Positions 44,278 through 55,234 of a stretch of DNA of 64,000 nt are shown here, in pieces. Numbering within the stretch: position 1 is the stretch's first letter; each line of letters begins with the position of its first letter. The notes under the pieces are model-generated. The model was not told where the DNA came from and did no database searches. It was given only the letters and a program-made list of their open reading frames with translations. The DNA lies in assembly GCA_025353195.1 (NCBI GenBank), contig JANXRC010000146.1, positions 998-64,997 on the forward strand, given 5' to 3'. This stretch comes from Rhodocyclaceae bacterium (lineage in GTDB: Bacteria; Pseudomonadota; Gammaproteobacteria; Burkholderiales; Rhodocyclaceae). The translations under genes and the position numbers were made by a program.

Positions 44278-45282
44278 ATGAAGCCCAGTCAACTGATCAT
44301 CGCCTGCGTCCTGCTGACGCTAAGCGCCGCGATATCGGCGCAGCAGCCGATCGTCATCAAGTTCAGCCACGTCGCGGCGGCCAACGCGCCCAAGGGACTG
44401 GCGGCGGAGCATTTCAAGAAGCTGGCCGAGGAGGCCACCAAGGGCCGCGTCAAGATCGAGTTGTACCCCAACAGCGCGCTCTACAAGGACAAGGAGGAGA
44501 TGGAAGCCCTCCAGCTCGGCGCCGTGCAAATGCTCGCGCCGGCGCCGGGCAAGTTCGGTCCGCTGGGCGTCAAGGAGTTTGAGGTGCTCGACCTGCCCTA
44601 TCTGTTCGACAACATGGCGGTCGCGCAGCGCGTCACGCAGGGGCCGGTCGGCCAGCAACTGCTGAAGAAGCTCGATGCCAAGGGGATTGCCGGCCTGGCC
44701 TTCTGGGATAACGGCTTCCGCGTCTTCACCTCGAACAAGCCGGTCCGGCGTCCGGGCGATCTCAAGGGCCAGAAGATACGCATCCAGTCGTCGAAGGTGA
44801 CCGAGGCACAGATGCGCGATGTCGGCGCGCTGCCCCAGGTGCTGGCGTTTGGAGAGCTGTACCAGGCACTTCAGACCGGCGTGGTCGACGGTCAGGAGAA
44901 CCCGGTAACGCATGTCTACACCCAGAAATTCTACGAAGTGCAGAAATACATGTCGATGACGAACCACACCTACCACGGCTATGTCGTCATCGCCAACAAG
45001 AAGTTCTGGGATGGCCTGCCGCCGGATATTCGCAATGCCCTGACCGCCGCCCTGAAGGAGACGACGGCCTACTTCTACAAGATGGCCAAGCAGGAAGACG
45101 ACGCGGCGCTGGAGGCGGTCAGAAAGACCGGCAAGATCGAAATCTACACGCCGACGCCGCAGGAAATGGCGGAGTGGAAAAAGGCCTTCATCAAGGTCCA
45201 TCGCGAGATGGAAGGCCGCGTCGGCAAGGAAATCCTGGAATCCATCTACAAGGAAACCGGCTTCGATCCGAACAAATTGTAG
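44278..45282 (+). CDS. dctP: TRAP transporter solute-binding protein (DctP family)
   Basis: IKFSHV, ELYPNSALY, FWDNGFR, KGQKIRIQ, YQALQTGVVDGQEN. Confidence 0.93.
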   Translation: MKPSQLIIACVLLTLSAAISAQQPIVIKFSHVAAANAPKGLAAEHFKKLAEEATKGRVKIELYPNSALYKDKEEMEALQLGAVQMLAPAPGKFGPLGVKEFEVLDLPYLFDNMAVAQRVTQGPVGQQLLKKLDAKGIAGLAFWDNGFRVFTSNKPVRRPGDLKGQKIRIQSSKVTEAQMRDVGALPQVLAFGELYQALQTGVVDGQENPVTHVYTQKFYEVQKYMSMTNHTYHGYVVIANKKFWDGLPPDIRNALTAALKETTAYFYKMAKQEDDAALEAVRKTGKIEIYTPTPQEMAEWKKAFIKVHREMEGRVGKEILESIYKETGFDPNKL

Positions 45283-45317
45283 ATCGCCGCCAGGCCGGCT
45301 GATCGGCGCCGGTCAGG

Positions 45318-47078
45318 CTACTTTTCCTTCGCCCACGAATCCTTCAGGGTCACGGTGCGATTGAATACCGGCGTGCCATCTTTCGAGTCGGTGCGATCGG
45401 CGACGAAGTAGCCGTGGCGTTCGAACTGGAAACGGTCTTCGGCGACGGCGCCTTTCAGCGTTGCTTCGAGCTGCGCGGTAATGATTCGCTTCGAGTCCGG
45501 GTTGAGATCGGCGATGAAGTCGCGTTCGCCCTCACCGGGGGCCTCGACTGCGAACAGGCGGTCGTACAGCCTCACCTCGCCGGCATAGGCGTGCCGGGCC
45601 GAGACCCAGTGGATATTGCCCTTGACCTTGTAGCCGTCCGAGCCCGGCGTGCCGGATTTCGAGTCGGGCATGTACTCGCAATGGATCGCCGCGATCCTGC
45701 CCCCGGCATCCTTGTCGCAGCCGGTGCATTTCACGACAAAGCCATAGCGCAGGCGCACGGTATTGCCGGGGAACAGGCGGAAGTAGCCCTTGGTCGGCGC
45801 TTCCATGAAGTCCTCGCGCTCGATCCACAGCTCCTTCGAAAACGGCACCGGGCGTTTTCCCCACTCGGGCTTTTGCGGATGATTCGGGGCGAGGCATTCT
45901 TCTTGCTCGTCCTCGGGATAGTTGTCGATGATCAGCTTGACCGGATCGAGCACGGCGATGCGGCGCGGTGAGGTCTCGTTCAGGTGTTCGCGCTGGCATT
46001 CCTCCAGTACGCTGATGTCGATCCAGGACTCGGACTTGGTGACGCCGTTCATCTCGTTGAAACGCCGGAAGCCCTCCGGCGTGAAGCCGCGCCGGCGCGC
46101 GCCAACCAGGGTCGGCAGGCGTGGATCGTCCCAGCCATCGACATGCTTTTCCGCGACCAGCTGGATCAGCTTGCGCTTGGAAAGCACGACGTAGGACAGG
46201 TTGAGGCGGGCGAATTCGATCTGCTGCGGCAGCGGCGTATTCACGCAGCCGAGTTCGGCCAGTCGGGCCAGCAGCCAGTCATAAAACGGTCGCTGGTCTT
46301 CGAACTCGAGGGTGCAGATGGAGTGGGTGATGTTCTCCAGCGCATCCTCGATCGGATGGGCATAGGTGTACATCGGATAGATGCACCAGGTGTCGCCGGT
46401 GGCGTGGTGCGTGGCGTGGCGGATGCGATAGATGGCCGGGTCGCGCAGGTTGATGTTGCCCGAAGTCATATCCACCTTGGCGCGCAGGATGTGGGTGCCG
46501 TCGGGAAACTCGCCGGCGCGCATGGCGCGGAACAGGGCGAGATTCTCGGCCGGCGTGCGCGAGCGGAAGGGCGAGTTGCGGCCGGCCTCGGTCAATGTAC
46601 CGCGGCTGGCGCGCATCTCGTCGGCCGTCTGCGAATCGACATAAGCGTGGCCTGCCTCGACCAGCTTTTCGGCGAAGTCGTACATCCACTGAAAGTAGTC
46701 GGAGGCGAAGTACTGGTTGATGCTGCCCGCATTTTCCCAACTGAAGCCCAGCCAATGCACGGCGTCGATGATCGCATCGACATATTCCTGTTCTTCCTTT
46801 TCAGGATTGGTGTCGTCGAAACGCAGGTGGCAGGCGCCGCCGTAATCCAGCGCGAGGCCGAAATTCAGGCAGATCGACTTGGCATGGCCGAAGTGCAGGT
46901 AGCCGTTCGGCTCCGGCGGGAAGCGGGTGCGGATTTTCGCCGTATCGTCAGCGCCGACTTTCTGCTGAGCGGCCGGGCCGGGCCGGCCGCTCCAGTGGCG
47001 TTGCGAGTATTTGCCGGCCTTGCGGTCGGCGTCGATGATGTGGCGAATGAAATTGGAGGGCTTTTCGATATCGGCCAT
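45318..47078 (-). CDS. glnS: Glutamine-tRNA ligase
   Basis: TRFPPEPNGYLHFGH, RFDDTNP, YPMYTYAH, LSKRKL, QFERHGYF. Confidence 0.99.
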   Translation of the reverse strand: MADIEKPSNFIRHIIDADRKAGKYSQRHWSGRPGPAAQQKVGADDTAKIRTRFPPEPNGYLHFGHAKSICLNFGLALDYGGACHLRFDDTNPEKEEQEYVDAIIDAVHWLGFSWENAGSINQYFASDYFQWMYDFAEKLVEAGHAYVDSQTADEMRASRGTLTEAGRNSPFRSRTPAENLALFRAMRAGEFPDGTHILRAKVDMTSGNINLRDPAIYRIRHATHHATGDTWCIYPMYTYAHPIEDALENITHSICTLEFEDQRPFYDWLLARLAELGCVNTPLPQQIEFARLNLSYVVLSKRKLIQLVAEKHVDGWDDPRLPTLVGARRRGFTPEGFRRFNEMNGVTKSESWIDISVLEECQREHLNETSPRRIAVLDPVKLIIDNYPEDEQEECLAPNHPQKPEWGKRPVPFSKELWIEREDFMEAPTKGYFRLFPGNTVRLRYGFVVKCTGCDKDAGGRIAAIHCEYMPDSKSGTPGSDGYKVKGNIHWVSARHAYAGEVRLYDRLFAVEAPGEGERDFIADLNPDSKRIITAQLEATLKGAVAEDRFQFERHGYFVADRTDSKDGTPVFNRTVTLKDSWAKEK

Positions 47079-47108
47079 GATGGCGGTGTGATTCGCTGCG
47101 AAGCCGCA

Positions 47109-47130
47109 ATTCTACCGGCAGGCGTAAAAT
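47109..47130. promoter_or_regulatory. Back-to-back -10 hexamers for glnS (minus) and crcB (plus)
   Basis: TAGAAT on minus (47114-47109) and TAAAAT on plus (47125-47130), the latter 7 nt before the crcB ATG. Confidence 0.55.
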
Positions 47131-47137
47131 TGCAGTA

Positions 47138-47521
47138 ATGAACTGGATTAGCCTTCTTGCCATCGGCGGCGGTGCGATCCTCGGCGCATGGTTGCGCTGG
47201 GGGCTTGGCATCTGGCTCAACCCCGTGTTACCGACCATGCCGTTGGGTACGCTGGCGGCCAATCTGATCGGCGGCTATCTGGTTGGCGCGGCCGTCGCGA
47301 TGTTCCACATCAATGTCGATCTGCCGCCCGAGTTCCGCCTGTTTTTCATCACCGGCTTTCTCGGTGCGTTGACCACTTTTTCCACCTTCTCCGCCGAAGT
47401 GGTGGCCCTGATTCAGCGTGCCGATTACGGCTGGGCCTTGGGCACGGCCTCGGCGCACTTGTTCGGGTCCTTGTTGATGACCGGGCTCGGCATTTTCACC
47501 ATCCACAAGCTGGCGCAATGA
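47138..47521 (+). CDS. crcB: Fluoride channel Fluc/CrcB
   Basis: [33 protein letters not shown]. Confidence 0.96.
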   Translation: MNWISLLAIGGGAILGAWLRWGLGIWLNPVLPTMPLGTLAANLIGGYLVGAAVAMFHINVDLPPEFRLFFITGFLGALTTFSTFSAEVVALIQRADYGWALGTASAHLFGSLLMTGLGIFTIHKLAQ

Positions 47522-50500
47522 GGTTCGACCCCGAGGCGCGGCGGGCTGGTCTGCCCGCGCTGACCTATGACGAAGCGCTGCCGGTGAATGTGCGGCGCGT
47601 CGAGATCGGCGAGGCGATCTGCCGCCATCAGGTGGTGGTCATCTGCGGCGAGACCGGTTCCGGCAAGACCACGCAATTGCCCAAGATCTGCCTTGAAATC
47701 GGCCGCGGCCTCAACGGCCAGATCGGCCACACCCAGCCCCGCCGGATTGCCGCGCGCGCCACGGCGACCCGCATTGCGCAGGAACTGAAGTCGGAACTCG
47801 GCCGTCATGTCGGCTTCAAGATCCGCTTCACCGACCGCGTTACGCCGGACAGCTACATCAAGCTGATGACCGACGGCATCCTGCTGGCTGAAACCCAGAC
47901 TGATCCGTTGCTGCGCCAGTACGACACGATATTGATCGACGAGGCGCACGAGCGCAGCCTCAACATCGATTTCCTGCTCGGCTACCTCAAGCAGTTGCTG
48001 CCGAAGCGGCCCGACCTCAAGGTCATCGTGACCTCGGCCACCCTCGATGCCGAGCGCTTCAGTCAGCACTTCAAAGGTGCTCCGGTGATCGAAGTATCGG
48101 GCCGGCTCTACCCGATCGAGACGCGCTACCGACCGTGGGCGGAAAAGAAGGACGGCGACCTCAACGACGCGATTGTCGATGCCGTTTCCGAGGCGCATCG
48201 CGAAGGGCCGGGGGATGTGCTGGTGTTCCTGCCCGGCGAGCGCGAGATACGTGAGGCCACCGAAGCGCTGCGCAAGCACCATCCTCCGGGTCTCGAAGTG
48301 CTGTCGCTGTTCGCCCGCCAGTCGGTGGCGGAACAGGCGCGGGTGTTCGCCGGGCATCAGGGCCGTCGCGTGGTGCTGGCGACCAACGTCGCCGAGACCT
48401 CGCTGACCGTGCCCGGCATCCGCTACGTGATCGACTCGGGGCTGGCGCGTGTCAAGCGCTACTCGCATCGCAACAAGGTCGAGCAACTGCAGGTGGAGCC
48501 GATCTCGCGCGCGGCGGCCAGCCAGCGCGCCGGACGTTGCGGGCGCGTCTCGGCCGGGCTCTGCTTCAGGCTTTATGACGTCGAGGATTACGACAAGCGC
48601 CCGGCCTATACCGAGCCCGAAATTCTCCGCTCCAGCCTGGCCGGCGTGATCCTGCGCATGAAGTCGCTGCATCTGGGCGATGTCGAGGACTTTCCCTTCC
48701 TCGAAGCCCCGGCGCCGCGCATGATTGCCGACGGCTACCAGTTGCTGGCGGAACTCGGGGCCATAGACGAAACGACGAAGGCGCTGACCAACATCGGTTT
48801 CGAATTGGCGAAGCTGCCCCTCGATCCAAAAATCAGCCGCATGATCCTCGCCGCGCGCGCGCACAACTGCCTCCGGGAAGTGCTGACCATCGCCGCCGCG
48901 CTGTCGGTGCAGGATCCTCGCGATCGGCCGCAGGAGCATGCGGCGGCTGCCGATCAGGCGCATGCCAAGTGGAAGGACGAGAAGTCGGAATTCCTGTCCT
49001 ACCTGAAGCTCTGGCACGCGGCCGACGAGGTGTGGAAGCACGAGACGACGAACAAGCAGCGCCAGTGGTGCCGGCAGAACTTCCTGTCGTGGCTGCGCGT
49101 GCGCGAGTGGCGCGACGTACATGCGCAACTGCATGTGGTTTGCACCGAACACGGCTGGAAGGAGAATCAACTCGCGGGCAGTTACGAGGCCATCCACAAG
49201 GCCTTGCTGACCGGCCTGCTCGGCCACATCGGCTTGATCAGCGAGGAGGACAAGAACTATCTCGGTGCGCGCGGCATTCGCTTCTACATCCATCCCGGAT
49301 CTTCGCTGCTGAAGAAAACCGGGCGCTGGATCGTCGCCGCCGAACTGGTGGAAACCTCGCGCCTGTTTGCCCGCTGCATCGCGAAGATCGAGCCGGAATG
49401 GCTGGAGCAGGTCGGCGCGCATCTGCTCCGCAAGCATGTCTATGAACCGCACTGGGAGAAGGGTCCGGGGCAGGTCGTGGCCTGGGAGCGGGTGACCCTG
49501 CACGGCCTGATGCTGCACGCCAAGCGGCGCGTGCACTACGGCCCGAGCGATCCGAAGCTGGCCCGCGAAATCCTGATTCGCCAGGCCCTGGTCGAAGGCG
49601 AGGTGGGCGAGGACTGGGTGCGCAAGTGGCGCTTCTTCCAGCACAACGCCAAGCTCATGAAGGAAATTCAGGCGCTCGAGCACAAGTCGCGGCGGCCCGA
49701 TGTGCTGGTCGATGACGAGCTGATCTACGCCTTCTACGATGCCAAGCTGCCCGAGGGTGTCATCACGCTGGCGGCCTTCGACCACTGGCGGCGCGAGGCC
49801 GAGGCTGCCGCTCCGAAACTGCTCTGCCTGGAAAAGGAGCAGCTGATGCGCCACGAGGCGGCGGGCATCACCACCGACGCCTTTCCGCCGGCATTGACCC
49901 ATCGCGGGCAGAACTTCAAGCTGGCTTACCACCATGACCCCGGCGCCGCCGATGACGGCGTGACCCTGACGCTGCCGCTGGCGGCGCTCAACCAGCTGCC
50001 GGCCAATCGCTGCGAATGGCTGGTGCCGGGGCTGCTCAAGGAGAAGATCCTTGCGTTGCTGAAAACGCTGCAGCAGAAGTATCGCCATCGCCTGCAACCG
50101 CTCGACGAGTTTGCCGGCGGGTTCTGCGAATCCGAGCATGATTTCGACGAGCCGCTGGTGCGAGCACTGACGCGGACCGCCGAGGAGCATCTGGCCATGA
50201 AGCTGCCGCTCGATGCGTTTCGCAGCGGCGAGTTGCGCCCGCATCTGTTCATGAACTTCCGCCTCGTCGATGAGCATGGCGGCACGCTGGCGATCTCGCG
50301 CAATCTGGCCGAATTGCGCGCCGAGTATCGCGACCGCGTCGAGCAGGTCTATGCCGCGGCGGAAGTGCAGCATGAGGCGGCGGGGGATGTCTCGGATCTC
50401 ACCGCATGGACCTTCGGCGCCTTGCCCGAACTGATGGAAGTGAGAGTCGGTGCTGGCACCACGGTCGGCTTTCCGGCGCTGGTCGACACTGGCGAGGCAG

Positions 50501-51249
50501 TGCGCCTGACCGCCTTCGATACCGAGGACAAGGCGCGCGCCGAGCATCGCAAAGGAATGGTGCGGCTGTTCGCGCTGCAACTTGCGGCACAGGTCAAGGC
50601 CATCGAAAAGCTGCCGGGGCTGCGCGAGCTCGCGCTGCAATTCGTCGCGCTGGGCACGGAGAGGGAACTCAGGGAGCAGCTGGTCGCCGTGACCCTTGAG
50701 CGCACCTGCCTGATGGATCCGCTGCCTACCGAAGAGTCGGCTTTCGCGGTACGGCGCGACGAGGCACGCGGCCGCATTCTGCTCGTGGCGCAGGAGATCC
50801 TGCGGCTGATCGGGACGATTCTGGCCGAGCATGCCGTGCTGGCGAAGAAACTCGCATCGGTGCAAAAGGCCTTTCCGCAGGCCTGCGCCGACATCGGCGC
50901 GCAACTGGTCGAGCTTATGCCGAAGCGGTTTATCGCGGCCACGCCCTTCGAGCGGTTGCAGCACTACCCGCGCTACCTCAAAGCCATCAGTCTGCGCCTG
51001 GAAAAGGCGCGCAGCGATCCTGCGCGCGACGGGCGCCTGATGGCAGACTGGCAGGCTCTGGGCAAGCCATGGGAGCGCGAGCGCAATGCCATGCTGAAAT
51101 CCGGTCAGCAGGGCGACGCGTTTCTCGATGAATTCCGCTGGCTGCTCGAAGAGCTGCGCGTCGCATTGTTCGCGCAGGAAATGAAGACCTCGTCGCCGGT
51201 TTCGGTGAAGCGATTGCAGAAAATGTGGGATAGCAGGGTGCATAAATGA
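47518..51249 (+). CDS. hrpA: ATP-dependent RNA helicase HrpA
   Basis: [48 protein letters not shown]; C-terminal [14 protein letters not shown] overlap with crcB. Confidence 0.98.
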   Translation: MRFDPEARRAGLPALTYDEALPVNVRRVEIGEAICRHQVVVICGETGSGKTTQLPKICLEIGRGLNGQIGHTQPRRIAARATATRIAQELKSELGRHVGFKIRFTDRVTPDSYIKLMTDGILLAETQTDPLLRQYDTILIDEAHERSLNIDFLLGYLKQLLPKRPDLKVIVTSATLDAERFSQHFKGAPVIEVSGRLYPIETRYRPWAEKKDGDLNDAIVDAVSEAHREGPGDVLVFLPGEREIREATEALRKHHPPGLEVLSLFARQSVAEQARVFAGHQGRRVVLATNVAETSLTVPGIRYVIDSGLARVKRYSHRNKVEQLQVEPISRAAASQRAGRCGRVSAGLCFRLYDVEDYDKRPAYTEPEILRSSLAGVILRMKSLHLGDVEDFPFLEAPAPRMIADGYQLLAELGAIDETTKALTNIGFELAKLPLDPKISRMILAARAHNCLREVLTIAAALSVQDPRDRPQEHAAAADQAHAKWKDEKSEFLSYLKLWHAADEVWKHETTNKQRQWCRQNFLSWLRVREWRDVHAQLHVVCTEHGWKENQLAGSYEAIHKALLTGLLGHIGLISEEDKNYLGARGIRFYIHPGSSLLKKTGRWIVAAELVETSRLFARCIAKIEPEWLEQVGAHLLRKHVYEPHWEKGPGQVVAWERVTLHGLMLHAKRRVHYGPSDPKLAREILIRQALVEGEVGEDWVRKWRFFQHNAKLMKEIQALEHKSRRPDVLVDDELIYAFYDAKLPEGVITLAAFDHWRREAEAAAPKLLCLEKEQLMRHEAAGITTDAFPPALTHRGQNFKLAYHHDPGAADDGVTLTLPLAALNQLPANRCEWLVPGLLKEKILALLKTLQQKYRHRLQPLDEFAGGFCESEHDFDEPLVRALTRTAEEHLAMKLPLDAFRSGELRPHLFMNFRLVDEHGGTLAISRNLAELRAEYRDRVEQVYAAAEVQHEAAGDVSDLTAWTFGALPELMEVRVGAGTTVGFPALVDTGEAVRLTAFDTEDKARAEHRKGMVRLFALQLAAQVKAIEKLPGLRELALQFVALGTERELREQLVAVTLERTCLMDPLPTEESAFAVRRDEARGRILLVAQEILRLIGTILAEHAVLAKKLASVQKAFPQACADIGAQLVELMPKRFIAATPFERLQHYPRYLKAISLRLEKARSDPARDGRLMADWQALGKPWERERNAMLKSGQQGDAFLDEFRWLLEELRVALFAQEMKTSSPVSVKRLQKMWDSRVHK

Positions 51250-51255
51250 GAAATC

Positions 51256-51972
51256 GTGATGCTTGACGTCTTTGCGGCCTTCACCAAGTCGCTGCGCGAT
51301 CTGATGCGAGCCGATGTGTTGTGGCAGGCGATCTGGCCGCCGCTGGTAGCGCTGGCCGTGTGGATTACCGTGGCCGTGGCGGTGTGGGCGCACGGCATGG
51401 CGCTGATGGCGCAAATCGTGCCGCAATTGCCGTGGTCGGGATGGGAGTGGCTGGCCCACTGGGCCTCGGTGTTCCTGTTACTGGCGGGCTTCGCCGCGCT
51501 GGTCTATTTCACTGCGATTGTCCTGGTCGCGGTGTTCGCCCTGCCGCGCCTGATCAATCTGGTGGCGGCGCGTGATTATCCGGATCTGGGACGCCATGGC
51601 GAGAACGTGTTCTGGGGCAGCCTGGGCAATACCCTTGGGGCCGGCGCGATCTTTGTCGTCGGCTGTCTGGCGATGCTGCCCCTGCTGCTTATTCCGGGCG
51701 CACTGCTGGTGCTGCCCCTGTTGTGGGGCAGCTGGTTCGACCAGCGTACCTTCCGCTTCGACGCTCTGGCCGAACATGCCACGCGCGCTGAAATGCAGCG
51801 CCTGTTGACGGAGAATCGCAGCCGTTTCTATTTTGCCGGCATCGGCACCGCCGCGGCGGCACACGTGCCGCTGGTGAATCTGCTGGCGCCCGCCTTCACC
51901 GCGCTGGTCTTCGTGCATCTCGGTCTTGCGGCACTGCGGCGCCAGCGCCTGGAAGGAGGCATAGAGTTATGA
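51256..51972 (+). CDS. EI24/CysZ-like membrane protein
   Basis: Four to five hydrophobic segments; VAARDYP and VPLVNLLAP motifs. Confidence 0.7.
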   Translation: MMLDVFAAFTKSLRDLMRADVLWQAIWPPLVALAVWITVAVAVWAHGMALMAQIVPQLPWSGWEWLAHWASVFLLLAGFAALVYFTAIVLVAVFALPRLINLVAARDYPDLGRHGENVFWGSLGNTLGAGAIFVVGCLAMLPLLLIPGALLVLPLLWGSWFDQRTFRFDALAEHATRAEMQRLLTENRSRFYFAGIGTAAAAHVPLVNLLAPAFTALVFVHLGLAALRRQRLEGGIEL

Positions 51973-52739
51973 GTGGAGCCATGAAAGGCATCGGCGCCAT
52001 CATCATCGGCGACGAGATCACGCTCGGCCGCCGCGTGGACAAGCATTTCCAGAAGCTGGTTGAAATCCTTGCGGTGCGAGGCCTGGTGCTGGATTGGGCG
52101 CTGTACATCGGCGATGATCGCGAACGCCTGACGGGCGCGCTGAAGCGCACGCTGGCAAGCGAAGATATCGTGTTCAGCTTCGGCGGCATCGGCAACACAC
52201 CGGACGACCATACGCGGCAGGCTGCCGCGGCGGCGGCGGGCGTCGAGCTCAAGCTGCATCCGGACGCCGAGCGCGAGATCAGGGCGCGATTTGCCGAACT
52301 CAAGACCGAGCCGACGGACCTGCAACTGGCATTGGGAAATTTCCCCGATGGTAGCCGCATCATTCCCAATCCCTACAATCGCATTCCGGGCTTTTCGCTG
52401 GGCGACCATCATTTCGTGCCGGGTTTTCCGCAGATGGCCTGGCCGATGATTGAGTGGGTGCTCGACAGCGCTTATTCGCGGTGTTTTCACCAGCATCCCA
52501 CCGGTGAGGCCGGCATCCTGGTCTGGCAAGGCAGCGAGGGGGCGCTGATTTCCCTGATGCGACAAATCGAAGTCGATTTTCCCGGCGTCAAGGTATTCAG
52601 CCTGCCCTTCCTCGGCTCGAACGAAGTCGAGCGCCATATAGAGCTCGGTGTGCGTGGTGCGCCGGAGCAGGTGCCGCCGGCAATGGAGGGGATCCGGCGC
52701 GGGGTGGTGGCACTCGGATTTACTTTCGATGAGAAGTAA
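51969..52739 (+). CDS. CinA N-terminal-like (COG1058, molybdopterin-binding fold) protein
   Basis: IIIGDEITLG, GGIGNTPDDHT, VPGFPQM; no C-terminal NMN deamidase domain. Confidence 0.85.
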   Translation: MSGAMKGIGAIIIGDEITLGRRVDKHFQKLVEILAVRGLVLDWALYIGDDRERLTGALKRTLASEDIVFSFGGIGNTPDDHTRQAAAAAAGVELKLHPDAEREIRARFAELKTEPTDLQLALGNFPDGSRIIPNPYNRIPGFSLGDHHFVPGFPQMAWPMIEWVLDSAYSRCFHQHPTGEAGILVWQGSEGALISLMRQIEVDFPGVKVFSLPFLGSNEVERHIELGVRGAPEQVPPAMEGIRRGVVALGFTFDEK

Positions 52740-52743
52740 TTCC

Positions 52744-52763
52744 ACCTGGGCCCGGGTTTTTTT
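52744..52763 (+). terminator. Candidate intrinsic terminator
   Basis: Short stem ACCTG-GGCC-CGGGT followed by a T7 run, just after the cinA-like stop. Confidence 0.5.
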
Positions 52764-52768
52764 GATTT

Positions 52769-53752
52769 ATGCTGTGCATACCGGACCTACGGAAAGCCTT
52801 TGCCGCCATGATCGATAGTAAAGACCGTCAGCATCTCGAACGAGCCAAGCTGTTTGCCGGCATCAGTCTGGAGAGCGTGGAGCATTTGTTGGAGAGTTGC
52901 CATCTCCGGAATCTGGAGCGTGGCGATCATCTGCTGGAAGCCGGTGCGGCCAACAGCAATCTGTATGTGATTCTGGACGGCGAGCTGCGCGTTTACCTGA
53001 GCGATCGCGACCTGCCGCCGCATGCGGTGGTCCATGCCGGAGATTGTGTTGGCGAGATGTCGCTGCTGGACGGCCAGGCGGCTTCCGCGCTGGTGCTGGC
53101 GGCAATGGAAACGCGACTCCTGGTGGTACCGCGGGAAGTGCTTTGGTCGCTGGTCGATTGCTCCCACGGCGTCGCGCGCAACCTGCTGGCGATCATTTCC
53201 GGGCGCATGCGCGAGAGTAACCAGGCGCTGGTCGCCTCGCAGAGCCAGAGCCTCGAATTCGAACAGTCAACCAGCGTCGATGCACTAACCGGCATCCACA
53301 ACCGGCGCTGGGCGCTTGAGACTTTCCCGCGCGCCATGGCGCGTTGTGAACACGACCATGAGCCGGCCTGCCTGATCATCGCCGATATCGATCTGTTCAA
53401 GCATTTCAATGAGCGCTTCGGCCACCTCGCCGGCGACGTCATATTGCGCCGCACGGCGCGCCGCCTGGCCGACAGTTTGCGTCCGCAGGACCTGATCGCC
53501 CGTTACGGCGGTGAGGAGTTCGTCGTCCTGCTGCCGCAGACGACGGTGGACGAGGCGCTGCCGGTCGCCAATCGGCTGCGCGAGCTGGTGGCGATCAGCT
53601 GCGGGCTGCACACGGGCGAGGGCGTGACGCTCAGTTGCGGCGTGGCCCAGATGTTCCGCGGCGAGTCGCTCGATGAACTGCTGGCCCGCGTCGATGCTGC
53701 CTTGCGTCGCGCCAAGGAAGACGGCCGCGACCGGGTCGAAGTCGCCGGTTGA
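52769..53752 (+). CDS. cNMP-binding-domain diguanylate cyclase
   Basis: N-terminal Crp-like cNMP fold (GDCVGEMSLLDG); DALTGIHNRR, RPQD I-site, GGEEF. Start may be ATG 52808. Confidence 0.9.
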   Translation: MLCIPDLRKAFAAMIDSKDRQHLERAKLFAGISLESVEHLLESCHLRNLERGDHLLEAGAANSNLYVILDGELRVYLSDRDLPPHAVVHAGDCVGEMSLLDGQAASALVLAAMETRLLVVPREVLWSLVDCSHGVARNLLAIISGRMRESNQALVASQSQSLEFEQSTSVDALTGIHNRRWALETFPRAMARCEHDHEPACLIIADIDLFKHFNERFGHLAGDVILRRTARRLADSLRPQDLIARYGGEEFVVLLPQTTVDEALPVANRLRELVAISCGLHTGEGVTLSCGVAQMFRGESLDELLARVDAALRRAKEDGRDRVEVAG

Positions 53753-53777
53753 TAGGACGGCGGCTGCCGAGCGTTTG

Positions 53778-55226
53778 CTAGCCCGTGCCGCCCACCGTCA
53801 GCCCGTCGATGCGCACTGTCGGCTGGCCTACGCCGACCGGCACGCTCTGGCCTTCCTTGCCGCAGGTGCCGACGCCCGAATCCAGGGCCATGTCGTTACC
53901 GATCATGGAGACGCGCAGCATGGCTTCCGGGCCGCTGCCGATCAGCGTGGCGCCCTTGACCGGCGTGGTGATCCTGCCATTTTCGATCAGATAGGCTTCA
54001 GCGGTTGAAAAGACGAATTTGCCGCTGGTGATATCGACTTGTCCGCCACCGAAGTTGGCGGCATAGAGTCCCTTCTTTACCGATTTGATGATTTCCTGCG
54101 GATCGTGGCCGCCGTTCAGCATGGTGGTATTGGTCATGCGCGGCAGCGGCAGGTGGGCAAACGATTCGCGGCGACCATTGCCGGTGGGAGCGACGTTCAT
54201 CAGGCGGGCGTTGAGGGTGTCCTGCAGATAGCCGACGAGAATGCCGTCCTCGATCAATACGGTGCGCTGCGTCGGATTGCCTTCGTCGTCGACGGTGAGC
54301 GAGCCGCGGCGGTCGGCAATCGTGCCGTCATCGACCACGGTGACGCCCTTGGCCGCCACGCGCTGGCCGATGCGCCCGGCAAAGGTCGAGCTGCCCTTGC
54401 GGTTGAAGTCGCCTTCCAGTCCGTGGCCAACGGCTTCGTGGAGCAGGATGCCGGGCCAGCCGGGGCCCAGCACCACGGTCATCTCGCCGGCCGGGGCCGG
54501 CTTGGCGGCGAGATTGACGCTGGCCTGATGCACCGCGCGCTGGGCGTAGTCGCGCAGCACGGCGTCGGTGAAATAGGCGTAATCGAAGCGGCCGCCGCCG
54601 CCCGCAGAACCCTGCTCGCGCCTCCGGTCAGTGCCGGCCCCGCCTTCCATGATTACGGAAATCGAAAGGCGCACCAGCGGTCGCACGTCGGCCGCCATGG
54701 AACCATCGGAGCGGGCTACCAGCACGACTTCCCAGGTGCCGGCGATGCTCGCCATGACTTCCTTGACCCGCGGGTCTGCCGCGCGCGCCATGGCCTCGAG
54801 GCGTTCCAGCAGCATGACCTTGGTGGCGTCTTCGAGCGACGCGATGGGATCATTCCCGGCGTAGAGCGCCTTCGGCTGCCGGCCCCGATGCAGCAGGGGT
54901 GCCGGGCGCTGGGAGCCTGCCGCGGCAATCGCGCGGGTGGTGCCGGCCGCCGCTTGCAGGGCGGCCAGGCTGATGTCGTCGGAGTAGGCAAAGGCGGTCT
55001 TCTCGCCCGATATCGCGCGCACGCCGACGCCCTGTTCGATATTGAAACTGCCGGACTTGACGATGCCCTCTTCCAGACTCCAGGCTTCGGAGCGCGCGTA
55101 CTGAAAATACAGATCGGCGTAGTCGACGTGATTGCCGAACAGCTGACCAAAAACGCGGTCAAGCAGTTGCGGCGCCAGACCGTGGGGCTTGAGCAGGACT
55201 TGTTCGGCGGTTTCGAAGTGGTTCAT
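53778..55226 (-). CDS. tldD: Metalloprotease TldD
   Basis: [45 protein letters not shown]. Confidence 0.98.
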   Translation of the reverse strand: MNHFETAEQVLLKPHGLAPQLLDRVFGQLFGNHVDYADLYFQYARSEAWSLEEGIVKSGSFNIEQGVGVRAISGEKTAFAYSDDISLAALQAAAGTTRAIAAAGSQRPAPLLHRGRQPKALYAGNDPIASLEDATKVMLLERLEAMARAADPRVKEVMASIAGTWEVVLVARSDGSMAADVRPLVRLSISVIMEGGAGTDRRREQGSAGGGGRFDYAYFTDAVLRDYAQRAVHQASVNLAAKPAPAGEMTVVLGPGWPGILLHEAVGHGLEGDFNRKGSSTFAGRIGQRVAAKGVTVVDDGTIADRRGSLTVDDEGNPTQRTVLIEDGILVGYLQDTLNARLMNVAPTGNGRRESFAHLPLPRMTNTTMLNGGHDPQEIIKSVKKGLYAANFGGGQVDITSGKFVFSTAEAYLIENGRITTPVKGATLIGSGPEAMLRVSMIGNDMALDSGVGTCGKEGQSVPVGVGQPTVRIDGLTVGGTG

Positions 55227-55234
55227 CGCGTTCC

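Noticed and set aside
46940-47040. Extra N-terminal segment in GlnS
   Set aside because: From memory, similar segments occur in other betaproteobacterial GlnS proteins; no DNA repeat signature seen.
47079-47137. Fluoride riboswitch upstream of crcB
   Set aside because: Spacer is too short and lacks the recognisable GGCGATGG...TTCGCC / CTGATG pattern; an Rfam scan would settle it.
47425-51459. 1344-aa antisense ORF opposite hrpA (similar ones at 29941-32094, 35316-36662, 40097-41008, 42086-43411, 57625-58995)
   Set aside because: Shadow ORFs from GC-biased codon usage; no recognisable motifs; fully overlap well-supported genes.
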